Source: Candidatus Aminicenantes bacterium (GTDB lineage: Bacteria > Acidobacteriota > Aminicenantia > Aminicenantales > Aminicenantaceae). Taken from it: 64,000 nt of DNA. The stretch is taken from NCBI GenBank assembly GCA_030603565.1, contig JAUVXM010000006.1, positions 607 through 64,606 of the forward strand, given 5' to 3'. The notes beneath the pieces are model-generated. The model ran no database searches. It worked only from the letters and a program-made list of their open reading frames with translations, and had not been told where the DNA came from. The translations under genes were made by a program, and so were the position numbers. Position 1 is the first letter of the stretch. Every line of letters begins with the position of its first letter. This document shows, one piece after another, positions 1-9,636 of the stretch.

Positions 1-1495
1 CTGCCAGAAGAAATGCTTTTTTATATTCTTTAGAATTAAAATAGGAAGCAGCAGCATTGAATTGACAGGTGGCTTTTGTCTGGCGAGTCTGCAGCAGTTG
101 AATCTTTTTTTTCTTTATGAGCTTATCTTTCCTCAGGGTAGAGAGGGCAGCCTCTCTTATCTCCAGGATTTTTGATTTTATCGCTTTTTCTGTCTGCTCA
201 TTACATACGGCTCCTTTTTCAAAATAAGAACCTGAATTTTTCCAGTCTTCTCTTTCTGCATAGATCTTGCCAAGATAATAGGCTGACTCACAGTCTTGGT
301 TATTTAATAGTAATGCTTCCTTAAAGTTATCTTTAGCATCGTCGAGGCGTTTTTGTTTGTAAGCAATAATTCCATCAAGCAATGAGACTTCATAATGGCC
401 AAAAAGGAAATCCCGGGATTTAGTAATGCTTATTATTGCCCTATCTAATTGTTCCAATTCATTTTGGTTCCAGGCCAGCCAGTAATAGGTTTCCCCCATA
501 TAATATTTCCCGAGTTCGATCATATTATTAAGGTTATTAATGGCCTCTTCATGCTGTCCCATATAGCTAAGGCACATAGCTTTACCTAAGATTGCATCCC
601 TGTATTCAGGCGCCAGTTGTAAAGCCAGGTTATTATATTCAAGGCAGGTTTTAAATTCCTCCATGTGAAAGTAAACTTTGGTAAGCGAGATAATAAGAGA
701 AGTTGAATCCGTGATATATTCCAGAGCTCTTTTGTAATGATTCTCTGCTGTCAAAACCTTGCCCTGGCTTAGAGCAATATTGCCCAGAAAATAATCAGCT
801 TCGTAAAAATTAGGGTTATCCTGTAAAAGGTCATTAAGGACGTCAGGTTTTTCTTGAGGGTATATAGATAATTTGTATTTAATAAGCTTTGAATCAGGAA
901 AAATTGAGGCGAAGCGGGAAAAATCTTCCTCTTCTTCAAATTTATATGGAAAGACAGAGTTAAAGGAAAGGTAGAGGTAAGCGTAAAAATCTGTTGAAAC
1001 AGATTTTTCTAAAAGATGGCTGCGAGCAGATTTGAGATTTTGTTTTATCCATTCGTATTGAGCATCAATGCTGGAGTCATCGATTTTATTTCCGGTTATA
1101 CCTTTGGTATTTTCAGGGATTCTTTTTACAATTTCAACATACCGGGAATAATTGGAAAAATAAGGTTCCAGATTTATTAGATTAGAAGCTTCCTGAAGTG
1201 TTTTCTGGTTTAAAATCCCCAGTTCTTTTTCCCTTATTGCCAACAGAAGTGAGGTTTTAATAAATTTTATTCCGGAATTTTTTCGAAAGGCCGGAATGGC
1301 CAGGAATTCACGGTAAGCAGACCGTGCGTTTTTTAGCCCCATATAACTTCCGGTTTTGAATTGTGTGTCCGCTTCTTTGGTTTTGGAATAATATGCAACC
1401 AGCTGCTGGGGGGAGATTTCAGTTTTCTTGGCAGCACAGTTGGAAAGAATAATTAATATTGGCAGAAGAGCCAGTATTTTTATTGTTTTTGTCAT
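1..1495 (-). CDS. TPR-repeat lipoprotein, runs off the window's left edge
   Basis: Not in the ORF track. ATG at 1495 gives MTKTIKILALLPILIILSNCAAKK (lipobox LSNC). The same frame reads EYKKAFLLA at the window edge. TPR-like helices such as ADYFLGNIALSQGKVLTAENHYKRALE. Confidence 0.8.
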   Translation of the reverse strand, partial: MTKTIKILALLPILIILSNCAAKKTEISPQQLVAYYSKTKEADTQFKTGSYMGLKNARSAYREFLAIPAFRKNSGIKFIKTSLLLAIREKELGILNQKTLQEASNLINLEPYFSNYSRYVEIVKRIPENTKGITGNKIDDSSIDAQYEWIKQNLKSARSHLLEKSVSTDFYAYLYLSFNSVFPYKFEEEEDFSRFASIFPDSKLIKYKLSIYPQEKPDVLNDLLQDNPNFYEADYFLGNIALSQGKVLTAENHYKRALEYITDSTSLIISLTKVYFHMEEFKTCLEYNNLALQLAPEYRDAILGKAMCLSYMGQHEEAINNLNNMIELGKYYMGETYYWLAWNQNELEQLDRAIISITKSRDFLFGHYEVSLLDGIIAYKQKRLDDAKDNFKEALLLNNQDCESAYYLGKIYAEREDWKNSGSYFEKGAVCNEQTEKAIKSKILEIREAALSTLRKDKLIKKKKIQLLQTRQTKATCQFNAAASYFNSKEYKKAFLLA

Positions 1496-1584
1496 ATTAA
1501 TAAATTATATATTATGTTGATACGATTTGCATATGGATTTTTAGGCTCATCATGTTTTATGATACCTGTATCCAAAAATGTGAT

Positions 1585-1782
1585 GAGCCGCCTGGACACT
1601 GGTAAATCCCGGAGAAAGCCATCCGGAACAACGCGGGCATGGTTCCTCGAGAGAATCTCGAGGAGAGCGTTGTGAGGACAGGAAGGGATTTTCCGGCTGG
1701 GGGAAATTCCTGTCTTTCGTAGGGAATTACCCGTATTCAGGCCTAACAAATCATGTAAGTTAAAAAAAATTGGGGCGGCTCC
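1585..1782. mobile_element. Family A palindromic MITE-like element, copy 1, with REP-like tail
   Basis: Imperfect TIR GCCTGGACACTGGTAAATCCC (1590-1610) / GGGAATTACCCGTATTCAGGC (1722-1742). Near-identical to 37996-38193 and 63348-63505. Confidence 0.85.
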
Positions 1783-1796
1783 ATATGTTTATTTCA

Positions 1797-1825
1797 TTGA
1801 CAGATAAGTTTAGAGAAATTATATT
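1797..1825 (+). promoter_or_regulatory. sigma70-like promoter of the RND operon
   Basis: TTGACA-N17-TATATT, 125 nt upstream of the ATG at 1950. Confidence 0.6.
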
Positions 1826-1949
1826 TTAGGAATAATGAAACGGATTAACAGCCGGGAAAGTATATACAGATAAGACTGTATGATAATTCTGAAGGCTATC
1901 TATCGTCTATATAAAAAAGGTCATTTCGAGTGACCATAGGTAAAGGACA

Positions 1950-4900
1950 ATGAAAATTACAGAAATCTCTGCTAAGCGGCCGGTTACGACTTTTATGTTT
2001 TTTATTGCTATTGTACTTTTGGGGTTTGTCTCACTTAAAGAGCTGAGTGTCGACCTGCTGCCTGATATCAGTTACCCGCGCCTGTCTGTGGTTACTCAAT
2101 ACGCAGGAGTGGCTCCAGAGGAAATAGAAGCACTTATCACTGAACCCCTGGAAGCGGCTGTGAGCCGGATTCCGGGGATGCGAAGGGTAGAGTCTATATC
2201 CAAAGAAGGTGTTTCCTATATGACCCTGGAATTTGCCTGGGGAACGGATATGGATTTTGCTATGCTGCATACACGGGAGAAGCTCGACAGTGTTCAGCTT
2301 TCAGATGATGTGGAGGATCCCACTATCATCCCGCTTGACCCGCAGAGTAAACCTATAATGATCATGTCTGTATCTGGCTCCAGGTCATTACTTGAGCTTA
2401 AAGAATTTTCTGAAGAATTAGTCAAACCCCGCCTGGAACAGATTGAAGGGATCGGCTCAGCAGAGATCGCAGGAGGAGTGGAGCGCGAGATCCATATCGA
2501 AGTCGATCCTCAATATATGTCTCTTTACGGACTTACTGTTGAACAGATATCACAGAGAATCGATGCTTTCAACCGTAATCTGCAGGGTGGAACTATCCGG
2601 AAAGGGCGGTTTAAATATGCCCTCAGGGTTGTGGGAGAGTTTGAGGCGGTTAATGAGATAGGGGAGATAAGTTTGAAGACAACTGCTGAGCGGGGAGTAG
2701 TGAGGCTTAAAGATGTGGCTGAGATCAAGGATTCCATTAAGGAAAGAGAAGGAATAACCAGGCTCAGCGGAAAAGAAAGTATTGGAATTTTGGTCAGAAA
2801 GGAGTCAGGAGCAAATACGGTTAAAGTAACCCAGGCAGCAAAAGAAGTGCTGGGGGAGATTAAAGCAGAAAATCCGGAGACAAACATCCTGATCGTATCC
2901 GAACAAGCTAAATACATAAACAATGCCATATCATCTGTTTTAAATGCAATTATACTGGGTGGTATTCTGGCATTTGTGATCTTGACCATATTTCTTCAGG
3001 ATTTCAAAACCCCTCTGATCATTGCATCGGTTATTCCTATCTCTATCATTGCAACTTTTAATCTGCTTTATTTCCGGGGTATCACTCTGAATATTATGTC
3101 TTTGGGAGGGCTTGCCCTCGGGGTAGGAATGCTGGTAGACAATTCGATCGTAGTTTCGGAAAGTGTTTTCCGGCACAGAGGCCTGGGTAAGAGTTTTTTA
3201 GATGCAGCAGTCACAGGAACCAGAGAAGTGGGCATGGCGGTTACTGCTTCGACCTTAACTACCATATCGGTATTCCTGCCGGTTATTTATGTGCATGGTG
3301 TAGCCGGACAATTATTTAAAGACCAGGCCCTTACAATAACCTTTGCTCTTTTATCTTCTCTCATTGTCTCCCTCACACTTCTTCCTATGCTGGCGTCGAG
3401 GAAATTTGATATCAGGACAAAAAAGGCTGAAAAACCTTTCAAGGAAACAGAAGATTCCAAGCGGATAAAAGCACGAAAAAAGTCAATCGCTGGAATTTTG
3501 CTTTTTCCCTTCAGAGGTATTCGCTGGCTATTGTATAATATTCCAAAAGGGCTTTATTTAGTTCTTAATTTTATCTTTAGTTTTTTTTCACAGCTTTTTC
3601 TTTTACTCTTCCATTATATAAGCCTGCCCTTCAAACCTGTTATAAGGGTTGTATTTGAAGCTCATAACCGGCTTTATAACAGATTTTCCCTACGCTACCA
3701 TCAGGCGCTTATCTGGTGTCTTGATAGTAAGGGAAAAGTCCTGTCTGGTTCAGTACTTATTCTGGCGCTAACGATTTTTGTCGCTACTTTTATCCCCAGA
3801 GAACTCATGCCGAAACCTGAGGTGTCAGCCTTTGACGTTAATATAAAGACACCGGTGGATTATTCCCTGGAGCAGACATCGGATATCGTATTTATATTGG
3901 AGAACTGGCTGAGCTCGCAGGATTCAGTTAAAGATTCTTTTTCCCAGATTGGCATTGTTAGCGGAATGGAGGGTTTGAATCCGGATATTTCGCTTAATTC
4001 CGCCAAGCTTTATGTTGAGGTAAAAGAATCCCCGGAAGTTGAGGGATTGATAAAAGGTTTGAGAGAAAGACTGCAGCGGTTCCCCGGCCTGACATATTCA
4101 ATAGTCAGGGAACAATCAACACTTTCCCAGTTTATGGCTTTTTCAACTGCAGAAATCGGTTTGAAAATAAAAGGAAATGAACTTAACCGGCTGAATATTT
4201 TAGCCGAACAGCTGAAAGAGAAATTGCGTGATATTGATGGACTGGCTGATATTGGTTCAAATACTGGGGAGGGCAAGCCGGAATTCAGGGTTAAAATAAA
4301 GAAAGAAGCCTTGGAAAAGTATAATATTTCTCCGGCAGCCATCAGTGACTTTTTGGTGGATGCAGTGAGGGGAAAAATTGCTACCCAGTTTAATGAGATG
4401 GAGAAAAAGTATGATGTGCTTGTCCGGCTGGAAGAGGATACCAGGGAGAATATTGAATCGCTCCTAAATGAACAGATGCCGCATGGAAAAACACTTATTC
4501 CCTTGAGAGAATTGATCTCATATGAGGTTGTCAGAGGGCCGAAAGAAATTCGGAGGGAAAGCCAGCAGCGGGAGGTTCTGGTTACCGCCAACCTGAAAGG
4601 AGTTAAGATCAGTCAGGTGGCACCTGAGATAAGAGAGAAGATCGATGAACTGGAATTGCCTGCAGGTTATCGGGTTGTATTCAGTGGCGAACAAGAGGAA
4701 ATGGAGAAATCCTTCCGCAGTCTTTTATTTGCGTTTTCACTTGCGGTCCTGCTGGTGTATATGACAATGGCAGCCCAGTTTGAATCTTTACTGCATCCCT
4801 TTTTGATTTTATTTACCCTGCCGATGGGATTGATAGGAGCTGTATGGGCACTTCTGGTCACCGGGCAGACTTTTAACGTGATTTCTATCATCGGGATAGT

Positions 4901-5219
4901 GGTGCTAGCTGGAATTGTGGTAAATGACGCGATAGTCAAGGTCGACTACACCAACCAGTTGCGCAGGAAAGGGCTTTCAGTAAGAGAAGCTATTATGGAA
5001 GCAAGCCGAGTAAGGTTGAGACCGATATTAATGACAACAGTCACTACTGCCGTTGGCCTTTTTCCCATGTCTTTAGGTCTTGGGAGAGGGTCGGAGTTGC
5101 AGCAGCCGCTGGCGATCACGGTTATAGGCGGGTTGATGCTGGCGACATTTTTAACCTTGATCCTTATACCCATGGCCTATGAACTGGTAGAGAGGAGAAA
5201 GACCAGGGATAATAAATGA
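1950..5219 (+). CDS. RND efflux permease, AcrB/AcrD/AcrF family, subunit 1
   Basis: N-terminal RPVTTFM..LLG..SLKELSVDLLPDI, GMLVDNSIVVSE, GIVVNDAIV and RLRPILMTT motifs; 1089 aa. Confidence 0.95.
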   Translation: MKITEISAKRPVTTFMFFIAIVLLGFVSLKELSVDLLPDISYPRLSVVTQYAGVAPEEIEALITEPLEAAVSRIPGMRRVESISKEGVSYMTLEFAWGTDMDFAMLHTREKLDSVQLSDDVEDPTIIPLDPQSKPIMIMSVSGSRSLLELKEFSEELVKPRLEQIEGIGSAEIAGGVEREIHIEVDPQYMSLYGLTVEQISQRIDAFNRNLQGGTIRKGRFKYALRVVGEFEAVNEIGEISLKTTAERGVVRLKDVAEIKDSIKEREGITRLSGKESIGILVRKESGANTVKVTQAAKEVLGEIKAENPETNILIVSEQAKYINNAISSVLNAIILGGILAFVILTIFLQDFKTPLIIASVIPISIIATFNLLYFRGITLNIMSLGGLALGVGMLVDNSIVVSESVFRHRGLGKSFLDAAVTGTREVGMAVTASTLTTISVFLPVIYVHGVAGQLFKDQALTITFALLSSLIVSLTLLPMLASRKFDIRTKKAEKPFKETEDSKRIKARKKSIAGILLFPFRGIRWLLYNIPKGLYLVLNFIFSFFSQLFLLLFHYISLPFKPVIRVVFEAHNRLYNRFSLRYHQALIWCLDSKGKVLSGSVLILALTIFVATFIPRELMPKPEVSAFDVNIKTPVDYSLEQTSDIVFILENWLSSQDSVKDSFSQIGIVSGMEGLNPDISLNSAKLYVEVKESPEVEGLIKGLRERLQRFPGLTYSIVREQSTLSQFMAFSTAEIGLKIKGNELNRLNILAEQLKEKLRDIDGLADIGSNTGEGKPEFRVKIKKEALEKYNISPAAISDFLVDAVRGKIATQFNEMEKKYDVLVRLEEDTRENIESLLNEQMPHGKTLIPLRELISYEVVRGPKEIRRESQQREVLVTANLKGVKISQVAPEIREKIDELELPAGYRVVFSGEQEEMEKSFRSLLFAFSLAVLLVYMTMAAQFESLLHPFLILFTLPMGLIGAVWALLVTGQTFNVISIIGIVVLAGIVVNDAIVKVDYTNQLRRKGLSVREAIMEASRVRLRPILMTTVTTAVGLFPMSLGLGRGSELQQPLAITVIGGLMLATFLTLILIPMAYELVERRKTRDNK

Positions 5220-8200
5220 GAATATTTATAGAGCGTCCCATCGCCACTGCTATGGTATTTATGGTGCTGCTGGTGCTGGGAGTATATTCCTTCCTTAATA
5301 TTCCTATGGAACTTGCTCCTAAAGAAGATTATCCCCGTCTGGATATTGAGACTTTTTGGCGGGGAGTCCCTCCTGAAATTATCCAGACCGAGATAAGCTC
5401 TGTTTTGGAGGAAAAGGCTTCGACTGTCAAGGGGGTCAGGAAGATCGAGTCTTCTTCAAGTATCGGAAGTTCACGTATAACTTTGGAATTCGACCCCAAA
5501 ACCAATATGGAATTTGCCCGGCTTTCTCTGCGGGAAAAGTTTGCTGAAATAAAGGATGAACTGCCTTATGGAGTAAGGCCTGAGATCCGGCCCTATGTGC
5601 CTGAAGATTTCAGAGTAAGCCCTTTTCTTAGCTATACTATTTCCGGTGATTATTCCCTCCAAAAGCTGAGGGAGCTGGTTAAAGAAAAAATTGAATTTGG
5701 GATAGGCTCAGTCAAAGGAGTAGCAGATGTTGATGTGAGTGGAGGTTCGGACCCGGAGGTAAGGATCATCCTGGATGAAGAGAAGCTTAAAGCCCTGGGT
5801 ATCCAGCCGTTTCTTGTTTATACAATGATCCAGGAAAGAGCGCATATTTACCCGGCCGGGAAGGTCAAAAAAGGAAGCCGGGAACTGCTTTTTAAGGTCA
5901 CTAATCCTATTGATAGCATCAGGGAATTGGGTGAAACAGTGATCGCGCATATAGGAGGTAATGCTGTCAAGCTTAAAGAGATTTCACGGCTGATACCGGC
6001 ATATGGTGAGATCTACTATATAAACCGCATAAATGGAAAACCGACCATAAGGCTTACAATCCGGAAAGAGAAGGGATTGAGTACACTTAAAATAGGCCGG
6101 GAGGTAAAAAAACGCCTTGAGGAAGTAAAACAGGAGATGCCTGATGATCTGATCTTCCGCGCAGTGGATGATGAAAGCGAGGAGATAGAGAAGAATCTTA
6201 AGGAATTATATCTTCTCGTAGGTATTATTATTGCCGTGATCTTTATTCTCATATTTATGTTTCTCCGGAGTATTAAACCGTCCCTGCTGGTGGTTTCTTC
6301 CATTGCTTTTTCCGTGCTTTTAACCTTTAATCTGGTCTATTTTTCCAAAACCTCGTTGAATATGTTTACACTTGGGGGGCTTGCCCTGGGATTTGGGCTT
6401 TTTGTAGATAATTCAATAGTCGTATTTGAAAATGTTCTGCGGGTTAGAGAAAAAGGTGCTTCTGCTGTAAAGGCAGCTATAGAGGGCTCAAAGGAAGTGT
6501 TCCTTCCTGTCTTCGCCTCGACTTTGACTACGATGAGTGTATTTTTTTCGATCGCTTACTTTCAGGGGCGCTTACGAATGTATTATCTCCCTATGGCAAT
6601 TGTGATAAGTTCAGCCCTGGCTGCGTCTCTTTTGGTATCTTTTTCTGTTATCCCGGCTTTATCCCCGAAATTACTGAAAAGCCCAAAAAAGAAACGTAAG
6701 GAAAGGTATAGAAAACAATACGAAAAAATACTGCGTTTTTTTCTTCGCCATCCGGTCGAAGTTATTTTAATAACTGTAGCCATATTTTTCGGAACATACA
6801 AATGGTTCAGGTCCGAAGTTACTGTGGGAGAATTTTTTAACTGGTATTCCAAAGAGAAGCTGTATGTATCACTGGGCATGCCGGCTGGAACTGAGATCGA
6901 GCGGACTGATGAAGTAGTAAAGCAGTTTGAAGAAAAAATAATCGATGCTCCCTATGAAAAAGAAGCAAACACATTTGTTTCCTCGGAACGGGGAACCATA
7001 ACGATTTCATTTCCGCCTGAGATAGAGATGTCTTACCGGCCTTATCTTATGAAGGAACAGTTGATCCAACTGGCTACCAATTTTGCCGGTATTAATGTCG
7101 GTATTTACGGTTTTGACCCTCAGGGCTATCATTCCGGGTTCGGAAGCGGGACTTTTTATGATTCGCGCATAAAATTTTTTGGATACAATCTGAAAAAAAT
7201 AAAGGAGATAACCTCAAATCTGGAACAAACACTTAAACGAAATCCGCGTATCAAAGAAGTGAAGATAACATCCAGCAAGTTCGGATGGTGGCGTTTGGAT
7301 TCATTTGAATATGTTTTAAAGATAGATAAAGAAATTTTAAGAAAGTATGACATTGACCCTCAGTATATTTATTACCAAATCCAGACATTCATCCAGGGGA
7401 GGGTTTCAATTCCTCTGAAAGCCAATATATCAGGCAGGGAAATGGATTTCTCTATAAAATTTCCTCAAGCAGAGGAGATGGATTTGAAAAATCTGCAGGA
7501 TGTCTTGATTCAAACCCGAAGAGGGGAGTTTATAAGATTGGGAGAAATTTCTACTTTGGAGGAAAAGCCTATTGCCGGCTCCATCGACCGGGAGGACCAG
7601 CAGTTCCAGCAGACCATAATGTGGGAATTTCGGGGGCCCTACAAAGCCGGGGAAAAATACCGGGAAGGTATTTTTGCGAAATTAGATCTTCCCCCGGGAT
7701 TTTCGGCCACCATGGAAGATGAACGCTTTATGACAGAAGAGGAGAAAGGGCAGATTAAATTTGCCATAATATTTTCCCTGATTATTATCTTTATAATCCT
7801 TGCATCTCTATACGAATCAATTATCCAACCTTTCTTTATCCTTTTGGCTGTGCCCCTGGCATTGATCGGGGTATTTGTGGCCTTTGTTATTGCTGACTTT
7901 TCCTTTGATTCGTCTGCTTACATTGGAGTGATATTGCTTGGGGGGATTGTAGTCAATAACTCTATTCTTTTGGTCGATCACATAAATTCAAAACGCAGGC
8001 AGGGAATAGTTCTCCTGGAAGCAGTAATACAGGGAGCCAGGGAGAGGATACGGCCGATTTTTCTGACTACGGGAACAACTGTTTTAGGAATGCTACCACT
8101 TGTTTTGATCCAGCTGGAAGAAGGAAAGCGGCAGATATGGGCCTCTTTAGCACTTTCAGCCGTGGGCGGATTAATAAGCTCAACTATTTTCATCATGATA

Positions 8201-8293
8201 ATTATCCCGATTTTTTACTATTACGGAGATAATATCCGAATCTGGGCAGCCGGGAGAATAGAAGAACTGAAACGTATCCGGAGAAATTATTAG
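5216..8293 (+). CDS. RND efflux permease, AcrB family, subunit 2
   Basis: ERPIATAM, GLFVDNSIVVFEN, GIVVNNSILLVD and RIRPIFLTT motifs; start overlaps the upstream stop. Confidence 0.95.
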   Translation: MRIFIERPIATAMVFMVLLVLGVYSFLNIPMELAPKEDYPRLDIETFWRGVPPEIIQTEISSVLEEKASTVKGVRKIESSSSIGSSRITLEFDPKTNMEFARLSLREKFAEIKDELPYGVRPEIRPYVPEDFRVSPFLSYTISGDYSLQKLRELVKEKIEFGIGSVKGVADVDVSGGSDPEVRIILDEEKLKALGIQPFLVYTMIQERAHIYPAGKVKKGSRELLFKVTNPIDSIRELGETVIAHIGGNAVKLKEISRLIPAYGEIYYINRINGKPTIRLTIRKEKGLSTLKIGREVKKRLEEVKQEMPDDLIFRAVDDESEEIEKNLKELYLLVGIIIAVIFILIFMFLRSIKPSLLVVSSIAFSVLLTFNLVYFSKTSLNMFTLGGLALGFGLFVDNSIVVFENVLRVREKGASAVKAAIEGSKEVFLPVFASTLTTMSVFFSIAYFQGRLRMYYLPMAIVISSALAASLLVSFSVIPALSPKLLKSPKKKRKERYRKQYEKILRFFLRHPVEVILITVAIFFGTYKWFRSEVTVGEFFNWYSKEKLYVSLGMPAGTEIERTDEVVKQFEEKIIDAPYEKEANTFVSSERGTITISFPPEIEMSYRPYLMKEQLIQLATNFAGINVGIYGFDPQGYHSGFGSGTFYDSRIKFFGYNLKKIKEITSNLEQTLKRNPRIKEVKITSSKFGWWRLDSFEYVLKIDKEILRKYDIDPQYIYYQIQTFIQGRVSIPLKANISGREMDFSIKFPQAEEMDLKNLQDVLIQTRRGEFIRLGEISTLEEKPIAGSIDREDQQFQQTIMWEFRGPYKAGEKYREGIFAKLDLPPGFSATMEDERFMTEEEKGQIKFAIIFSLIIIFIILASLYESIIQPFFILLAVPLALIGVFVAFVIADFSFDSSAYIGVILLGGIVVNNSILLVDHINSKRRQGIVLLEAVIQGARERIRPIFLTTGTTVLGMLPLVLIQLEEGKRQIWASLALSAVGGLISSTIFIMIIIPIFYYYGDNIRIWAAGRIEELKRIRRNY

Positions 8294-8340
8294 AAAGGAT
8301 AAAATCGGTTTCTGGAATAATATTGTAGGAGGCAAAAAAT

Positions 8341-9411
8341 ATGGCGCGACACACAATTGAAGACCTAAAAAAATGCATTCAAAAATTCCCCCGGGAAAGG
8401 CTTATCCACAGCCCTACACCCTTAAGGAAACTGGAAAACTTAACCCAGAAACTGGGCGGCCCTGATATTTTCATAAAGCGTGATGATATGACCGGGCTTG
8501 CTTTCGGGGGCAATAAATCCCGCAAGCTGGAATTTATTATTGCTGATGTATTAAAGAAAAAAGCGGATACTATTATCACCTGGGCAAGTGTTCAGTCAAA
8601 CTGGTGTCTTCAAACAGCAGCTGTTGCTAATAAATATGGGATCAAACCTATTCTTATTCTGTTTAAAACATATGATATTCCGGAAGAATTCGACGGCAAT
8701 CTCCTCCTCGATTTTATTCTGGATGCAGACATAAGGTTCGGAGAAGGGGAGGCTGGGAGGGTCGTCCAGGTGGATCAAGCAAAGGAAATGCTTAAGGAGA
8801 TAGCTGAAGAGATCAGGAAAGAAGGACATCGTCCTTATATCGTACCTATAGGTGGTTCTATGAAGGGAGAGGACATGGAGCTGCCCCTGGGAGCAGTAGG
8901 GTATGTGGATGCAATCATTGAAATTAAACAGCAGTTTGAAAAAATTGGTGAGAATATAGATTATATAATCCATGCTACTGGCTCCGGGGGAACACAGGCA
9001 GGCATGGTAGTTGGAGCTAAGGCTGTAACGGAGAATACCAAAGTATTAGGAGTCAGTGTATCGGAAAAGAAAGATGTTTTTTCAAAGGATGTTTTGACTA
9101 TTTGCCGGGATACTGTTGGGGCTCTTGAGCTTAAGCTTGAAATAGATAAAGATGATGTAATGGTTTTTGATGATTATATCCAGGATGGCTACGGGGTGGT
9201 TAATAAAGAAGTGTCAGAAGCTGTACGCCTGATGGCGCATACGGAGGGCATCTTTCTCGATCCAGTCTATACAGGGAAAGCTATGGTAGCCCTTGTTGAT
9301 CTGATTAAAAAAGGACATTTTAACTCAGATGATAAGGTCGTGTTTATTCACACAGGCGGAACTCCCGCCCTTTTTCCCAATAAACACCTCATAAGCAAAT
9401 TTCTAACTTAG
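8341..9411 (+). CDS. D-cysteine desulfhydrase / ACC deaminase family PLP enzyme
   Basis: IKRDD..G.AFGGNKSRKLE (PLP lysine), GSGGTQAG, DPVYTGKA and HTGG motifs; AGGAGG RBS. Confidence 0.9.
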   Translation: MARHTIEDLKKCIQKFPRERLIHSPTPLRKLENLTQKLGGPDIFIKRDDMTGLAFGGNKSRKLEFIIADVLKKKADTIITWASVQSNWCLQTAAVANKYGIKPILILFKTYDIPEEFDGNLLLDFILDADIRFGEGEAGRVVQVDQAKEMLKEIAEEIRKEGHRPYIVPIGGSMKGEDMELPLGAVGYVDAIIEIKQQFEKIGENIDYIIHATGSGGTQAGMVVGAKAVTENTKVLGVSVSEKKDVFSKDVLTICRDTVGALELKLEIDKDDVMVFDDYIQDGYGVVNKEVSEAVRLMAHTEGIFLDPVYTGKAMVALVDLIKKGHFNSDDKVVFIHTGGTPALFPNKHLISKFLT

Positions 9412-9588
9412 CCCGACTTTCTCGCAAGAAATCTACTACAACGGCAAATTCATCTGAAACTGCGGCGTTATGCTCCCGAAGTTTCCTCAACATACTGAAA
9501 GTATGCCTGTGGGAACTTCGGGAGCAAGCCTTGCATTTTCAGCGACTTCGCCGTTTCGCTACGATATCTGGTGAGAAAGGCAGGCTAG
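9408..9588. mobile_element. Family F long-hairpin MITE-like element
   Basis: Imperfect TIR TAGCCCGACTTTCTCGCAAGA / TCTGGTGAGAAAGGCAGGCTA. Inner arms 9471-9486 / 9511-9526 and apical CATAC-TGAAA-GTATG. Flanked by TTAG / CTAG. Confidence 0.7.
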
Positions 9589-9625
9589 AGGGGACAGTCC
9601 CTCTTCTTAAAAGGGACTGTCCCCT
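9589..9625. repeat. REP-like palindrome, possible bidirectional terminator
   Basis: AGGGGACAGTCCCT-cttcttaaa-AGGGACTGTCCCCT, a perfect 14-bp inverted repeat between convergent genes. Confidence 0.75.
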
Positions 9626-9636
9626 TAGGTTTTATC

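Noticed and set aside
1492..1749. Similar short ORFs across family A copies (also 63321-63557 and 63396-63614). The minus frame is open in all three copies, and this one ends in an ATGA overlap with the TPR gene.
   Set aside because: Differences between copies are largely non-synonymous, starts and stops lie in unrelated flanks, and there is no RBS. Best explained as a by-product of a GC-rich palindrome.
8341..9411. ACC deaminase call
   Set aside because: Has DPVYTGK and HTGG rather than the Glu and Leu residues diagnostic of true ACC deaminases.
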